A DNA stretch of 32,000 bases from Wigglesworthia glossinidia endosymbiont of Glossina morsitans morsitans (Yale colony) (GCF_000247565.1 NC_016893.1:630001-662000), one strand, 5' to 3'. Positions 17,407 to 28,529 are shown, numbered from the stretch's first letter. Notes: a model not told the origin generated them from the sequence alone. A program made the numbers and translations.

Positions 17407-19083
17407 TTAATATTTGAATAATATAAATCTGCCGTGTTCTACCGTATACTGTGGAACAGGGAGATATGGTGTTAATTCATTTAACGAACTTTTTGATGAT
17501 ATTAAAAATATTAATGCAACAGATTTATTTTTATTTTTATTTAACCAATTTTTAAAATTTTTTTTGGTTACAAATTTATTATTTAATTCGTTTAAATAAC
17601 TTAATCCATATTCTAATTCACCTTTGTTATCAATAATCATAATATCACTGCGATTCATTTCCCATGCAATTGTAGTTGCTACACCAATATTGTTTGCAAT
17701 AATTAATTCTGATTTTTTTAAATCATCTTTTATTTCGTTTAAAAAAACTTGCGGCTGTTTAGAATAAACAATTCGTTCAGGTACATAGAATCCAAATAAA
17801 ATAGCAATTCCAAAAATACTCATTGCAGTCCATTGCCAAATTTTTATTGCAAATAATTTTACCCAAACATTTATTGAGATCCAAATTAAAATACTAACTA
17901 CAAATAATATAAATTTTTTGTATTCTTGATAAGAGTACAATGAATATGGATAAATTTTAGGTATACAATATATAATACTAATTGAAAATAATATCATGCA
18001 ACCAAAAATAATGTTTGTTGTAGAGTTTATTTTTAATAGAATTAAGTTATTTTTTAATTTAGTAGAAAAAATATTTTTAGCAATTAAAATTGATATAGGA
18101 AAAAAGCAAGGTAAAATATAAGTTGGCAATTTGCCTTTAGAAAAGCTGAAAAATAAAAATTGTACTATAATCCAAACTAATAAATAAAAACTGATTTTAT
18201 CAAATTTTCTTGAAATCCATGATCTATACAACGATTTAAAAAGAAGTCCAAACCAAGGAAAAATACCAATAATTAAAACTGGAACATAGTACCATATCGG
18301 AAATTTATGTTGCGCATTGTCTCCTAAAAATCTTTGAATATGCTCGATAAAAATAAAATATCTAGCATAATCTTGTTCTTTAGAAAGAATATTATATATC
18401 CATGGAAACGAAATTAATATAGAAGATATTAATGGAATGAAGCTGTGGATCAAAATTGTTTTTGTATACTTTGGATTAAATTTTAACCATATTACAATAC
18501 TTAAAAATGGAATTACTAATGCAATAAATCCTTTTGTGATCAATCCTGTTCCGCAGGATATTCCAAATATTAAATAATAAAAAATACGATTTTTTTTTAC
18601 TGAAGATTTTATTGCCATCCAAAAAAATATCATAGATACATTAATCCAAAAAGATAAAATTGCATCTAATACAGAGTATGTTCCTATAATGTATACTAAT
18701 AAATTAGACAAAAATATTATTACTGCATTATAAGATATATTTTTATTATTCCATAAAGATTGAACAAAATAAAATAAAAAGATAGCAGATAAAATTGTAA
18801 AAAAAGTTGATCCGAATCGTACAGAGAAATTATTTTTTCCAAAAATTAATTGACTAATATTGTTCACCCAATAACCAAAAATTGGTTTTTCAAAATAACG
18901 TACATCTAATAAATGCGGAATACTCCAATTATGCTTTTCTAACATTTCTCTGCTAATTTCGGCATATCTAGTTTCGTCGGGTTGCCACAAATCACGATAA
19001 TTTAATGGAATTAAGTAATAAAAAAAAATTAAAATAATTATTATTTTTTGTGTTTTATTTTTTTTTATGTGCATGTTATACAT
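17407..19083 (-). CDS. arnT: Undecaprenyl-phosphate-L-Ara4N:lipid A 4-amino-4-deoxy-L-arabinosyltransferase
   Basis: LWQPDETRYAEISREML...YFEKP..GYW is almost identical to the N-terminal signature of remembered E. coli/Salmonella ArnT. KGKLPTYILP and a polytopic hydrophobic profile are also present. ATG 19083 overlaps the arnD stop by 8 nt; an alternative ATG is at 19074. Confidence 0.92.
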   Translation of the reverse strand: MYNMHIKKNKTQKIIIILIFFYYLIPLNYRDLWQPDETRYAEISREMLEKHNWSIPHLLDVRYFEKPIFGYWVNNISQLIFGKNNFSVRFGSTFFTILSAIFLFYFVQSLWNNKNISYNAVIIFLSNLLVYIIGTYSVLDAILSFWINVSMIFFWMAIKSSVKKNRIFYYLIFGISCGTGLITKGFIALVIPFLSIVIWLKFNPKYTKTILIHSFIPLISSILISFPWIYNILSKEQDYARYFIFIEHIQRFLGDNAQHKFPIWYYVPVLIIGIFPWFGLLFKSLYRSWISRKFDKISFYLLVWIIVQFLFFSFSKGKLPTYILPCFFPISILIAKNIFSTKLKNNLILLKINSTTNIIFGCMILFSISIIYCIPKIYPYSLYSYQEYKKFILFVVSILIWISINVWVKLFAIKIWQWTAMSIFGIAILFGFYVPERIVYSKQPQVFLNEIKDDLKKSELIIANNIGVATTIAWEMNRSDIMIIDNKGELEYGLSYLNELNNKFVTKKNFKNWLNKNKNKSVALIFLISSKSSLNELTPYLPVPQYTVEHGRFILFKY

Positions 19084-19972
19084 TTTGATGCATAATCCAG
19101 CCTTCTCTACCGGATATTTTTTTACGTATTAATTTACATATCGGAAAATTTGCATGATTTTTTTCTATTAATTGATTTAATCTACAAAATTGAATGCCTT
19201 CATTTTTAGCAAGATATAATAGTTCTTTAAATTCTTTTAAATATTTAATACCTTCTATTTCAGCATGAATAGTATAAACAGAATAATCAGATTGTTTTTT
19301 CATTTGATTAATAATAAAGTTGTTATACTTTTTTAAAGTAGTATGATTATTAATTACTTCATCAAAAGTTGGTAAAGTTACTGGAATTTGCAAATTTCCA
19401 CAGCTTTTATCAGAAAGTAATGGAAAAAATGGTTTTATTCCTCTGACATCACTGTTGTAAGAAAAGTTAAATTTTTTTTGCACTTGCAACGCGGAATCAC
19501 TTGTTCTCCAACCTGGAGCAGCAAAACATAAAATAGGCGAATTTATTATTGATTCTAAAAATTTTTTACCTAATGTAATTTGATTAATAATATTTTCTTT
19601 CCTCCAAGTATCAATAGAATTTTGCCATTCAAAATGATCCCATGCATGTAGTCCAATTTCATGTTTACGAGCAGCAAGAATAATGTGGTTTTTACAGGCA
19701 TCTCCTATTTTTTTGCTTTTTCCTATTAAGCCACAACGCAAAATACTCCATCCATATGTTTTAATAGGATTAATGCGTAACATTTTAATTAAAAATTTTG
19801 GTTTAAATAATCTCCAGAAATGACGTCCCATGTTATCTGGCCCAACAGTAAAAAAAAAAGTAGCTTTAATTTGATAATTGTTTAATATTTCTAATAAATT
19901 TAATACCCCATACTTCGTGCCTCTTAATGTATCTACATCAATACGTAAACCAACTTTTTTTAAATTATTCAA
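19076..19972 (-). CDS. arnD: 4-deoxy-4-formamido-L-arabinose-phosphoundecaprenol deformylase
   Basis: KVGLRIDVDT.RGT...LLEIL......A.FFF.VGPDNMGRH, HAWDH and YTIHAE.EG match remembered E. coli ArnD. The start is TTG at 19972, with no in-frame ATG near the conserved N-terminus. Confidence 0.92.
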   Translation of the reverse strand: MNNLKKVGLRIDVDTLRGTKYGVLNLLEILNNYQIKATFFFTVGPDNMGRHFWRLFKPKFLIKMLRINPIKTYGWSILRCGLIGKSKKIGDACKNHIILAARKHEIGLHAWDHFEWQNSIDTWRKENIINQITLGKKFLESIINSPILCFAAPGWRTSDSALQVQKKFNFSYNSDVRGIKPFFPLLSDKSCGNLQIPVTLPTFDEVINNHTTLKKYNNFIINQMKKQSDYSVYTIHAEIEGIKYLKEFKELLYLAKNEGIQFCRLNQLIEKNHANFPICKLIRKKISGREGWIMHQNV

Positions 19973-19984
19973 AATAAAAACCTT

Positions 19985-21943
19985 TTATAATTGTAAGAAA
20001 AATTTTATCATATAATTGATAGTATTATTAATTTGAATTTTAGGTTTCCAATCTAATAATTTTTGAGCAATACCAATATTTGGCTTTCGATATTCTATAT
20101 CTTGATAGCCAAAACCATAATATTCGTCACCTCTTAAGTTTCTAAATCCAGAAAATTTAGGAAAAGTATTGCTTGATGTGAATTTTTGAAAAGTATGTAC
20201 AACAATTTTTGCTAATTCTAAAATAGAATACTCGTTTTTTGGATTTCCGATATTAATAATCTCTTGATTACAATTATTTTTTTTATTTTCTATTATCCTA
20301 AATAATGCTTCTATACCGTCATAAATATCTGTAAAACAACGTTTTTGTTTTCCGCAGTTAACCAGATTAATCGGTAACCCGTGAGCTATGTTAAATATCA
20401 TTTGAGTGATAACTCTTGCATGATTCATTTGAGCAATTTTAAAATCATCTAGTCTAGATCCTACCCAATTAAATGGTCTAAAAATTGTAAAAAGTAAATT
20501 ATTTGATTTTCCATAAGCCCAAATAATGCGATCTAGTAATTGTTTAGATGATGCATAAATCCATCTTTGATTTCGTACAGATCCTGTAACAAAATTTGAA
20601 TTAGTTTCATGAAATTCTTTGTCTGTACACATTCCATATACTTCGGAAGTCGAAGGAAAAATTAATCTTTTTTTATATTTAACGCAGTAACGTATAATTT
20701 TTAAATTTTCTTCAAAATCTAATTCGAAAGTTTTTATGGGTTCTTGAACATATTGCATGGGTCTTGCAATAGCTATTAAAGGCAAAATAATATCGCATTT
20801 TTTAACTTTTTCTTTAACCCAGTGAGAACAAGATTTTATGTTTTTTTGTAAAAACTTTATTTTTGAATTATTTATAAATTTTTCAATTAAATTTTTTTTT
20901 AAATCTAAACCGTATATTTTGTAACTGTTACTTTTTAACAAACGCTTTGTAATATGATATCCAATAAATCCATTAATACCTAAAATTAAGATTTTTTTTA
21001 ATATTGGTTTTGATGTTGAATTCGGATATATAACGTATTTTTTATTCTTAATCATAGATAAATGGTATATGTTAGTTTTATTATTAAATGTATGTTTTGT
21101 ATATTGTGCAGAAATAATATTTAATGCTTGAATTTTGCAAGATATAATAAGCGGGTTAATTTTTATTATTAATCCAGGATCGATATCGTACTTTTTTTTT
21201 ATTATTTTTGATTTCCAAAAAATTATTTTTTTGTTGTTGAGATAGCTAAAAGCACCGGGCCAAGGTTTTGTTAATCCTCTGATTAAATTATATATTTTTT
21301 TTGCTGATTGGTTCCAATCAATGAGACCATCTTCGGGTGATCTTTTTCCAAAATAACTAGTATTATGGCAATTTTGAGGTGTTTCACAAAAATTTTTTTT
21401 TAGAATTACAGGAGCTATTTTATTCAGCATATTATAAGCAGCATAACATATTTTTTTATGTAAAGAAATTGCGTTGTCTAGTTTATTAATATTAATTTTG
21501 ACTTGTGATATGATAGGTCCATGATCAATTTTTGTAGTCATACGATGAAGTGTCACTCCGGTTTGATATTCTCCACGTATTATAGACCAATTTAACGGAC
21601 AGCAGCCGCGATATTTTGGCAAAAGAGAACCGTGCAAATTAAATGATCCAAATTTTGGTATTTTTAAAATTTCTGAACATAATATATTACGGTAATAAAA
21701 AGAAAAAATAACATCTGGCTCAAGTTTTTTAAAATATTCGATCCAAATAAAACTGTTAATAGTTTCAGATGTGAATACGGGGATATTTTTTTTTAAGGCA
21801 ATACTTTTTACGGAACTAAAAAATATTTTTTCATTTTTTTGATCATTATGAGTAATTACGCTTAAAATTTTATATCCCGATTTTATTAAAGAAAGTAAAC
21901 CGATGCATCCAATATCATGATAAGCAAATATAATTGCTTTCAT
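19985..21943 (-). CDS. arnA: Bifunctional UDP-glucuronate oxidative decarboxylase / UDP-L-Ara4N formyltransferase
   Basis: The N-terminal formyltransferase domain ([29 protein letters not shown]) and the C-terminal SDR domain ([28 protein letters not shown]) are both present. At 652 aa it compares with about 660 in E. coli. The ATGA start overlaps the arnC stop. Confidence 0.95.
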   Translation of the reverse strand: MKAIIFAYHDIGCIGLLSLIKSGYKILSVITHNDQKNEKIFFSSVKSIALKKNIPVFTSETINSFIWIEYFKKLEPDVIFSFYYRNILCSEILKIPKFGSFNLHGSLLPKYRGCCPLNWSIIRGEYQTGVTLHRMTTKIDHGPIISQVKININKLDNAISLHKKICYAAYNMLNKIAPVILKKNFCETPQNCHNTSYFGKRSPEDGLIDWNQSAKKIYNLIRGLTKPWPGAFSYLNNKKIIFWKSKIIKKKYDIDPGLIIKINPLIISCKIQALNIISAQYTKHTFNNKTNIYHLSMIKNKKYVIYPNSTSKPILKKILILGINGFIGYHITKRLLKSNSYKIYGLDLKKNLIEKFINNSKIKFLQKNIKSCSHWVKEKVKKCDIILPLIAIARPMQYVQEPIKTFELDFEENLKIIRYCVKYKKRLIFPSTSEVYGMCTDKEFHETNSNFVTGSVRNQRWIYASSKQLLDRIIWAYGKSNNLLFTIFRPFNWVGSRLDDFKIAQMNHARVITQMIFNIAHGLPINLVNCGKQKRCFTDIYDGIEALFRIIENKKNNCNQEIINIGNPKNEYSILELAKIVVHTFQKFTSSNTFPKFSGFRNLRGDEYYGFGYQDIEYRKPNIGIAQKLLDWKPKIQINNTINYMIKFFLQL

Positions 21944-22887
21944 TTTTTTTCTCGTGTGTTTGATATATCATTTTTAATAATACGACTTATAATATAAATG
22001 GGACGTAAGTAAATTTTGTTATATATTTTAATGAAAATTTTTTTTATTCCAATAAACAGTAGAAAATTTATTAAAAATATATTTATGTAAAACCTAGTGC
22101 TTACTAAAAAGAAATATAAACAGATTAGCAAAAATACAACGCAATATAATATTTTAAGTGAAATTTGTTTAAGAATTTTTGCTTTTTTTATTATATTTAT
22201 AAATAAACAAAAGCATAAGTTATATATTAATTTAATTAATTTAATATAATTATATTTAGAATATCCGAACTTTCTTTTAAAATGCGAGACTGGTATTTCA
22301 ATAACTTTATTAGCAAACATATTTGCTATAATTGGAATAAAAATATTGTGGGAATTGTATTTTATTATTGCATCTATAATATGTTTTTGATATGCACGTA
22401 ACATGCATCCGTAATCAGTCATATTATTACCTAAAATTTTTTGAATTGCAATATTAACTATTTTTGAACTAATTTTTCGAAATAAATTATCTTGACGATT
22501 TACACGAAATGTACCTATCACGTCGTATCCTTTTTGAGCTGCATAAAGTAGCTTTGGAATTTCTTCTGGTGGATTTTGTAAATCTGCATCTAAAGTAATT
22601 ATTAAATCTCCTTTAGAATGTGCAAATCCTGCCATAATTGCAGCGTGTTGTCCATAATTTTTATTTAAAAAAATTGCTATAATTGAACTGTTAGGTTTAG
22701 ATGCTTCAGCTTCTAAAATATTAGGAGATTGATCATAACTTCCATCATCTATAATCATGATTTCGTATTTTATATGTAATTTAGAGCATACATATATAGT
22801 GCGTCGAATTAATATAGAAAGGTTTTCTTGTTCGTTATAAACTGGAATAACAATCGATATTTTTTTTATTTTTTTTAATTGCACCAT
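21940..22887 (-). CDS. arnC: Undecaprenyl-phosphate 4-deoxy-4-formamido-L-arabinose transferase (GT2)
   Basis: [31 protein letters not shown] and [17 protein letters not shown] match remembered E. coli ArnC. Two C-terminal hydrophobic segments are present. Confidence 0.93.
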   Translation of the reverse strand: MVQLKKIKKISIVIPVYNEQENLSILIRRTIYVCSKLHIKYEIMIIDDGSYDQSPNILEAEASKPNSSIIAIFLNKNYGQHAAIMAGFAHSKGDLIITLDADLQNPPEEIPKLLYAAQKGYDVIGTFRVNRQDNLFRKISSKIVNIAIQKILGNNMTDYGCMLRAYQKHIIDAIIKYNSHNIFIPIIANMFANKVIEIPVSHFKRKFGYSKYNYIKLIKLIYNLCFCLFINIIKKAKILKQISLKILYCVVFLLICLYFFLVSTRFYINIFLINFLLFIGIKKIFIKIYNKIYLRPIYIISRIIKNDISNTREKK

Positions 22888-23337
22888 ATATAAAAAGTAT
22901 ATTTAATTTTTTTTTAAAAATAAAATTTTTTATATTTTATATTACATATAATTTTTTATGCAAAATATTTTTATATAATTTATATATGAGTTTTCTTTTA
23001 TAAGAAAATTAAGCTTTTAAAGCAAATATATAATGAAAACTAAATTAAGTTTTAATTATCTATAAAATTTTAAAAAATTTATTAAAAATAATAAATGTAG
23101 ATACTAAAAGTACAATATCATTTTAGATATTTTTTACTGCAAACATGAATATATTGTATTAAATAACTTTTACTTGTATTATATATTAGTTTTAGTTTAA
23201 ATAATATATTTTTTAATGTAAATAATTTAGTTATATTAAATATTTTAATTTCTTTTAAATTCATATTAGTATGTATAAAATGTTATTTAAATGAATAAAT
23301 GCAATACTTTTATTTCTCATATTATTAAGGAATACAA

Positions 23338-24372
23338 ATGAATCAAAAAAACAATATTGATCATATAGCTGTATCACAACAATCTATATTAAAAAAAAAA
23401 TATATACAAGCTGATTTATTTAAGCATATATCTCATTTATTGAAATTAAAAAATGCAGTTATAGTCGCACATTATTACACTAGCCCTGAAATTCAAGAAT
23501 TGGCAGATTCTACTGGAGGTAAAGTAGCAGATTCTTTAGAAATGGCTAAATTTGGTCAACATCATACAGCGAAAACACTATTAGTAGCTGGTGTACGTTT
23601 TATGGGTGAAACTGCTAAAATTTTAAATCCGGAAAAAATAGTTCTAATGCCTACATTAAAAGCTGAATGTTCATTAGATTTGAGCTGTCCGGAAATAGAA
23701 TTCAGCAAATTTTGTGATCAACATCCAGAACGCACAGTAGTAGTATATGCAAATACATCTGCAGCTATTAAAGCACGTGCACATTGGGTAGTAACATCAA
23801 GTATTGCAATTAAACTTATTGACTATTTAGATAGTTTAGGTAAAAAAATTATCTGGGCTCCTGATAAACACTTAGGTCATTATATTCAAAAAAAAACTGG
23901 AGCAGATATTTTAAGTTGGCACGGTACATGTATCGTACATGATGAATTTAAAGCGCATTCACTATACAATATGAAAAAAATATATCCTCAAGCTGCAGTA
24001 TTAGCGCATCCAGAATCTCCAGAAAATGTACTAGCACTTGCAGATTTTATAGGTTCTACCAGTGAATTGATTAAATCTGCTCAATCAATTTCTCAAAAAC
24101 AAATTATAATTGCTACTGATCGTGGAATTTTGTTTAAAATGCAAAAAGCTTGTCCGGATAAAATTTTGTTAGAAGCTCCAACTTCTGAAGTTGGCATGAC
24201 ATGTTTAAATTGTGGCATGTGTCCTTGGATGAAGATGAATACGTTAAAAAAAATTATTAATAGTTTGACTCATGATACAAAAAAGCATGAAATTCATGTA
24301 CCAAAAAACTTACAAAAAAAAGCGTTAAAACCATTAATACGTATGTTAAAATTTGCAGAAAATTTTTTTTAA
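23338..24372 (+). CDS. nadA: Quinolinate synthase A
   Basis: VVAHYYT.PEIQ.LA..TGG...[39 protein letters not shown] and a C-terminal Cys cluster (C..C..CPWM) match remembered E. coli NadA. Confidence 0.93.
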   Translation: MNQKNNIDHIAVSQQSILKKKYIQADLFKHISHLLKLKNAVIVAHYYTSPEIQELADSTGGKVADSLEMAKFGQHHTAKTLLVAGVRFMGETAKILNPEKIVLMPTLKAECSLDLSCPEIEFSKFCDQHPERTVVVYANTSAAIKARAHWVVTSSIAIKLIDYLDSLGKKIIWAPDKHLGHYIQKKTGADILSWHGTCIVHDEFKAHSLYNMKKIYPQAAVLAHPESPENVLALADFIGSTSELIKSAQSISQKQIIIATDRGILFKMQKACPDKILLEAPTSEVGMTCLNCGMCPWMKMNTLKKIINSLTHDTKKHEIHVPKNLQKKALKPLIRMLKFAENFF

Positions 24373-24580
24373 CAATTTTATAATTATTGCTAATTCATTT
24401 AAATAAATATAAATTTAATATATGTAAAAATAATTCAATTAATTTTTTTTTGAATATATAAAAGAGAATTGTCTATATACTTACAAAAATTGTTAAAACT
24501 ATTATATGAAATTTGCTTATATTAATATTTGTAACAAAAATTATTGCATACTTATATTATTTACACATTATTAGGAAAAT

Positions 24581-25750
24581 ATGAATAGTATAGAACTAAG
24601 ATCCATATTGAGTTTAGGTATAATATTTGCATGTCGTATGTTTGGTATATTTATGATTTTACCTGTTTTAAGTAATCATGGAATGATATTTCAAGGAGCT
24701 ACGACTTCTTTAATAGGCCTTGCTATTGGAATTTATGGAATAACACAATCAATTTTTCAAATCCCATTCGGATTGTTATCAGATAAATATGGCAGGCATA
24801 CATTAATATTAGTCGGATTAATATTAATAGTTTTTGGAAGCATTATTAGTGGTGTATCTAACAATATTTGGGGTGTTATATTAGGACGCGCTATGCAAGG
24901 ATCTGGAGCAATTTCATCAGTTGTTATGGCTTTATTAACTGATTTAATTTGTGAAAAAAATAGAATCAAAGCAATGGCTTTTATCGGTTTAGTTTTTGGA
25001 ATAACTTTTGCAGTATCTATCATTATTGGTCCTATTTTAGCTACATATTATGGAATTCGCAGCATATTTTGGATTACTGCATTACTTGCAGTAATTAGTA
25101 TGTTTTTGATTTTATTTATAGTACCACATCATCAAAAATTGAAAAAAAATCATGATACTAAAATATTTATAAATGCTATGAAAAATATTTTAAATAACAA
25201 ATTAATTGTTTATTTAATTTTTTGTATTTTTTTTCTTCATACAATTTTAATTTCTAATTTTATAGTATTTCCGTTTTTAATTAAAAAAATGGGATATAGT
25301 GAGATAGATCATTGGAAAATATATTTTTTTTCTTTATTATGCTCAACATTTTTTTTAATATTAGTTTTTTCGCGTTATGTAAAAAAAATACAAAATAAAA
25401 TAAAACAAGTACTATATTTTTTTATAATTATACTGTTTATATCTGAAATAACATTATTATTATGTAGTAAAAATATCTATTTTGCTTATTTAGGTATACC
25501 AATGTTTTTTTTAGGATTTAGTGCATTAGAAATAATGCTACCTACATATATAGGAAAGCAGGCTCCTTCTAAATATAAAGGGACAGCGATGGGAATATAT
25601 ACTACAAGTCAATTTTGTGGGGTAGCTTTTGGCGGTATAATAGGAGGTTTATTATTTTCCAATAAAAATGCATTTTTAGTTTTTTTATTTTTAAGTATTA
25701 TGATATTAGTTTGGATAATTTTTAGTTTGAAATTGGAAAAAAAAATTTAA
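24581..25750 (+). CDS. yajR: Major-facilitator-superfamily transporter, YajR-like (lacks the C-terminal soluble domain of E. coli YajR)
   Basis: IG.AIGIYG.TQ..FQIPFGLLSD..GR, GR..QGSGAI...VMALL.DL..E.NR.KAMAFIG..FGITFA and YKGTAMG.Y.TSQF.GVA.GG match remembered E. coli YajR. At 389 aa it is shorter than the roughly 454 aa in E. coli. Confidence 0.8.
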   Translation: MNSIELRSILSLGIIFACRMFGIFMILPVLSNHGMIFQGATTSLIGLAIGIYGITQSIFQIPFGLLSDKYGRHTLILVGLILIVFGSIISGVSNNIWGVILGRAMQGSGAISSVVMALLTDLICEKNRIKAMAFIGLVFGITFAVSIIIGPILATYYGIRSIFWITALLAVISMFLILFIVPHHQKLKKNHDTKIFINAMKNILNNKLIVYLIFCIFFLHTILISNFIVFPFLIKKMGYSEIDHWKIYFFSLLCSTFFLILVFSRYVKKIQNKIKQVLYFFIIILFISEITLLLCSKNIYFAYLGIPMFFLGFSALEIMLPTYIGKQAPSKYKGTAMGIYTTSQFCGVAFGGIIGGLLFSNKNAFLVFLFLSIMILVWIIFSLKLEKKI

Positions 25751-25946
25751 CATTTTAAAATTTTAATAATATAATTAATTAAGAATTATTTTGAATAAAC
25801 AGCAACTAACAATTTTAATAAAATATGCAAATTTCATATTTTTTTGTAAAAAACTAATTAAATATAAAATTTTTTAAATTAATTCGTTTCAAATTAATTA
25901 AATTTACATTTTATATATGAATTAATTTATAAAGGTAATATATATT

Positions 25947-26249
25947 ATGAAAAAAATAATAAAAAAAAAACTTAATGCAATATTATCACCTACTTTTTTA
26001 TATATTCAGAACGAAAGTTATAAACACAAAAATTCAAAAAATGCATACACTCATTTCAGCATCACTATAGTATGCAAAAAATTTAAAAATAAATCGCAAT
26101 TAATCAGACATCAATTAATTTATCAAATTTTATCAAGAGAACTTCGCCACGATATACACGCTCTTTCTTTGCATACTTATTGTGATGTGGAATGGAAAAT
26201 TAATAATCGATGCATTTCTAGTACGCCTATCTGTTATAATTTAAATTAA
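25947..26249 (+). CDS. bolA: BolA-family transcriptional regulator / Fe-S-associated protein
   Basis: The BolA fold signature is present: NES..H......HF...V...F......RH..IY..L..E....IHALSLHTY...EW. It lies upstream of tig as in E. coli. Confidence 0.85.
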   Translation: MKKIIKKKLNAILSPTFLYIQNESYKHKNSKNAYTHFSITIVCKKFKNKSQLIRHQLIYQILSRELRHDIHALSLHTYCDVEWKINNRCISSTPICYNLN

Positions 26250-26417
26250 GTAATTCTCATTTTAATTTAACATTTTTTAGAAAATAACATTTTGAAGTAT
26301 GCTTAATTTATTTTATAAATTTTAATTCTAATTAAGACTTATACATTTTAAATTTATCAAAATAAATACAGAAATTTTTTTAAAAAATTTAAAAAAAATA
26401 ATATCTAGAGGAATAAT

Positions 26418-27731
26418 ATGAAAGTTTCTATGCAAAAAATTTCAGATATTAAGCATACAGTAGAAATGTTTATTTCATGTAATCTTATTGAAAAAGAAGT
26501 TTCAAAAGCGCTTGATAAAATGCGAAAAACAGCTTGTATAGATGGTTTTCGAAAAGGTAAAATACCCAAAACTATTTTAAAAAATAGATATGAACCATAT
26601 ATACGAAAAAAAGTATTAAACGATTTAATAAACAAAAAATTTTTAAAATTTATTAACGAACATGATATTCAACCAATAGGCAAACTAAATTGTGTTATTA
26701 AAAATTTTCAGGAAAAAAATGGTTGCATTTGTCGTATAAATTTTGAAATTTATCCAAAAATAAATATAAAAAATATTTCACATATAACAATTAATAAACC
26801 ATTAGTTTCAGTGAATCCTGAAGATGTAAACTTTACAATTAATAAATTACGTTCAGAACATGCAAGCTGGATAACAAGTACATTAAAAATCGAAAAATAT
26901 GATCGTGTAACTATTAATATTAAACCAATTCAAAAATATAAAATTTTTCAAGAAGAAATTCGGCTTTTAACTTTTATTATAGGGAATAATACAATTTCTA
27001 CCGAACTTGAAAAAAAAATTATAGGAAAAAAATCAAAAACATATTTTATTTTTTCTTTAAATTATAAAATCATAAATTTAGAAAAAAACAGTTATCATAA
27101 CATGATTCTTGATTTTTTAATAAATATTATAAAAGTTGAAAAAAAAATATTACCAAAATTGGATTCTAAATTTTTTGAAAAAATTAACTTAATTAATTTT
27201 AAATCTCCAGAAAAAATGAAAAATGAATTATGTAAAAGCATTAATATGCAATTAAAATATTTTGTGCATATATACATCAAATATCAATTAATTAATCAAA
27301 TATTAAATGATAATTATATTAAAATTCCAGTACAATTAGTACATGAAGAAATAAAAATATTTTTAGAATCTACATATAAAAATAATTTAAATAAATTTTC
27401 TAAGTTAGATTTTTCGCCATTTTTAAATAAGAAATTAATTGATCGTTTAACATATCAAATACAATCTAGAATTATTTTTCAGAAAATTTTGCATTTAAAT
27501 AAAATACAGATAAATCAAAATGATCTAACAAATATCATGCATAATCTTTTGAAGATTAATAAAATACCCGAGAAAAATTGGAAAAAATATAAAAAAAATA
27601 AAAAATTTATCCAAAAATCTATCGATATCGCATCAGAAAATGCAATTTTGGAAATTATTATGCAACAAGCAAATTTTGTAGAAGAAAAAATTACATTTAA
27701 ATTACTTGTAAAAAAAATAGAACGCAGTTAA
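26418..27731 (+). CDS. tig: Trigger factor (ribosome-associated chaperone)
   Basis: The ribosome-binding signature GFRKGKIP is in the N-domain, and the product is collinear with E. coli TF (437 vs 432 aa). An AGAGGA Shine-Dalgarno lies at 26407-26412. The central FKBP-like domain is highly diverged (see findings). Confidence 0.9.
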   Translation: MKVSMQKISDIKHTVEMFISCNLIEKEVSKALDKMRKTACIDGFRKGKIPKTILKNRYEPYIRKKVLNDLINKKFLKFINEHDIQPIGKLNCVIKNFQEKNGCICRINFEIYPKINIKNISHITINKPLVSVNPEDVNFTINKLRSEHASWITSTLKIEKYDRVTINIKPIQKYKIFQEEIRLLTFIIGNNTISTELEKKIIGKKSKTYFIFSLNYKIINLEKNSYHNMILDFLINIIKVEKKILPKLDSKFFEKINLINFKSPEKMKNELCKSINMQLKYFVHIYIKYQLINQILNDNYIKIPVQLVHEEIKIFLESTYKNNLNKFSKLDFSPFLNKKLIDRLTYQIQSRIIFQKILHLNKIQINQNDLTNIMHNLLKINKIPEKNWKKYKKNKKFIQKSIDIASENAILEIIMQQANFVEEKITFKLLVKKIERS

Positions 27732-27850
27732 TTTATAAACATATATACATGAATTTATACGATAAAGTAAATAGTATTTAAAATGCTTATATCATATTAC
27801 TCAGTAAACGTCTGATATATAATAAATTTAAAATAAAAAATTTAAAAAAT

Positions 27851-28435
27851 ATGAATTTAATTCCAATAGTGATAGAAAAAAGTATACATGGAGAACGTTC
27901 TTACGATATTTATTCAAGATTACTAAAAGAACGTATAATATTTCTAACTGGAAAAATCGAAGATAATATGGCGAATTTAATTGTTTCACAAATGATATTT
28001 TTAGAATCTGATAATCCAGAAAAAGATATTTTTTTATATATTAATTCTCCAGGAGGATTGGTAACATCCGGAATGTCTATATACGATACTATACAGTTTG
28101 TTAAATGTGATGTCAGCACATTATGCATAGGTCAGGCGTCTTCTATGGCTGCATTAATATTAACTTCTGGAGTGAAAGGAAAGCGTTTTTCTTTACCTAA
28201 TTCACGTATCATGATTCATCAACCATTAGGTGGTACTCAAGGACAAGCGACAGATATTGTTATACATGCTAAAGAAATTTTAAAAATAAAAAAGCGTATT
28301 ATTAAATTAATTTCGCAACATACAGAACAATCAATAGAGATAGTTAAAAAAGATACCGAAAGAGATCGATTTTTTTCTGCTTCAGAAGCAGTCAGCTACG
28401 GTTTAATCGATTCCATATTGACATGTCGAAAATAA
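27851..28435 (+). CDS. clpP: ATP-dependent Clp protease proteolytic subunit
   Basis: [18 protein letters not shown]...D..ANL, INSPGG, the catalytic Ser context GQASSMAA, and IHQPLGG..GQATDI match E. coli ClpP. It starts at the position of the mature E. coli N-terminus, so there is no pro-peptide. Confidence 0.95.
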   Translation: MNLIPIVIEKSIHGERSYDIYSRLLKERIIFLTGKIEDNMANLIVSQMIFLESDNPEKDIFLYINSPGGLVTSGMSIYDTIQFVKCDVSTLCIGQASSMAALILTSGVKGKRFSLPNSRIMIHQPLGGTQGQATDIVIHAKEILKIKKRIIKLISQHTEQSIEIVKKDTERDRFFSASEAVSYGLIDSILTCRK

Positions 28436-28529
28436 AAATTAAAAATTTAATAATTAAATAGTTTTTTTCAAAAAATTATATGCATCTTTCTATATTACAT
28501 TAATAAAAAGCGAATAGAGGATTGCTTAC

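Noticed and set aside
23041-23062. PmrA(BasR)-box-like half sites upstream of arnC. On the minus strand this reads gataat-taaaa-cttaat; the remembered consensus is a direct repeat of YTTAAK spaced by 5.
   Set aside because: Only one half-site matches well. Such A/T hexamers occur by chance in this composition, and no pmrAB is visible here. This is not supportable without genome context.
22888-23337. Possible degraded arnB remnant in the 450-bp spacer upstream of arnC.
   Set aside because: Reading the minus strand gives stops every few codons and nothing resembling the DegT/ArnB PLP-lysine region. The spacer is also far shorter than arnB (about 1.1 kb).
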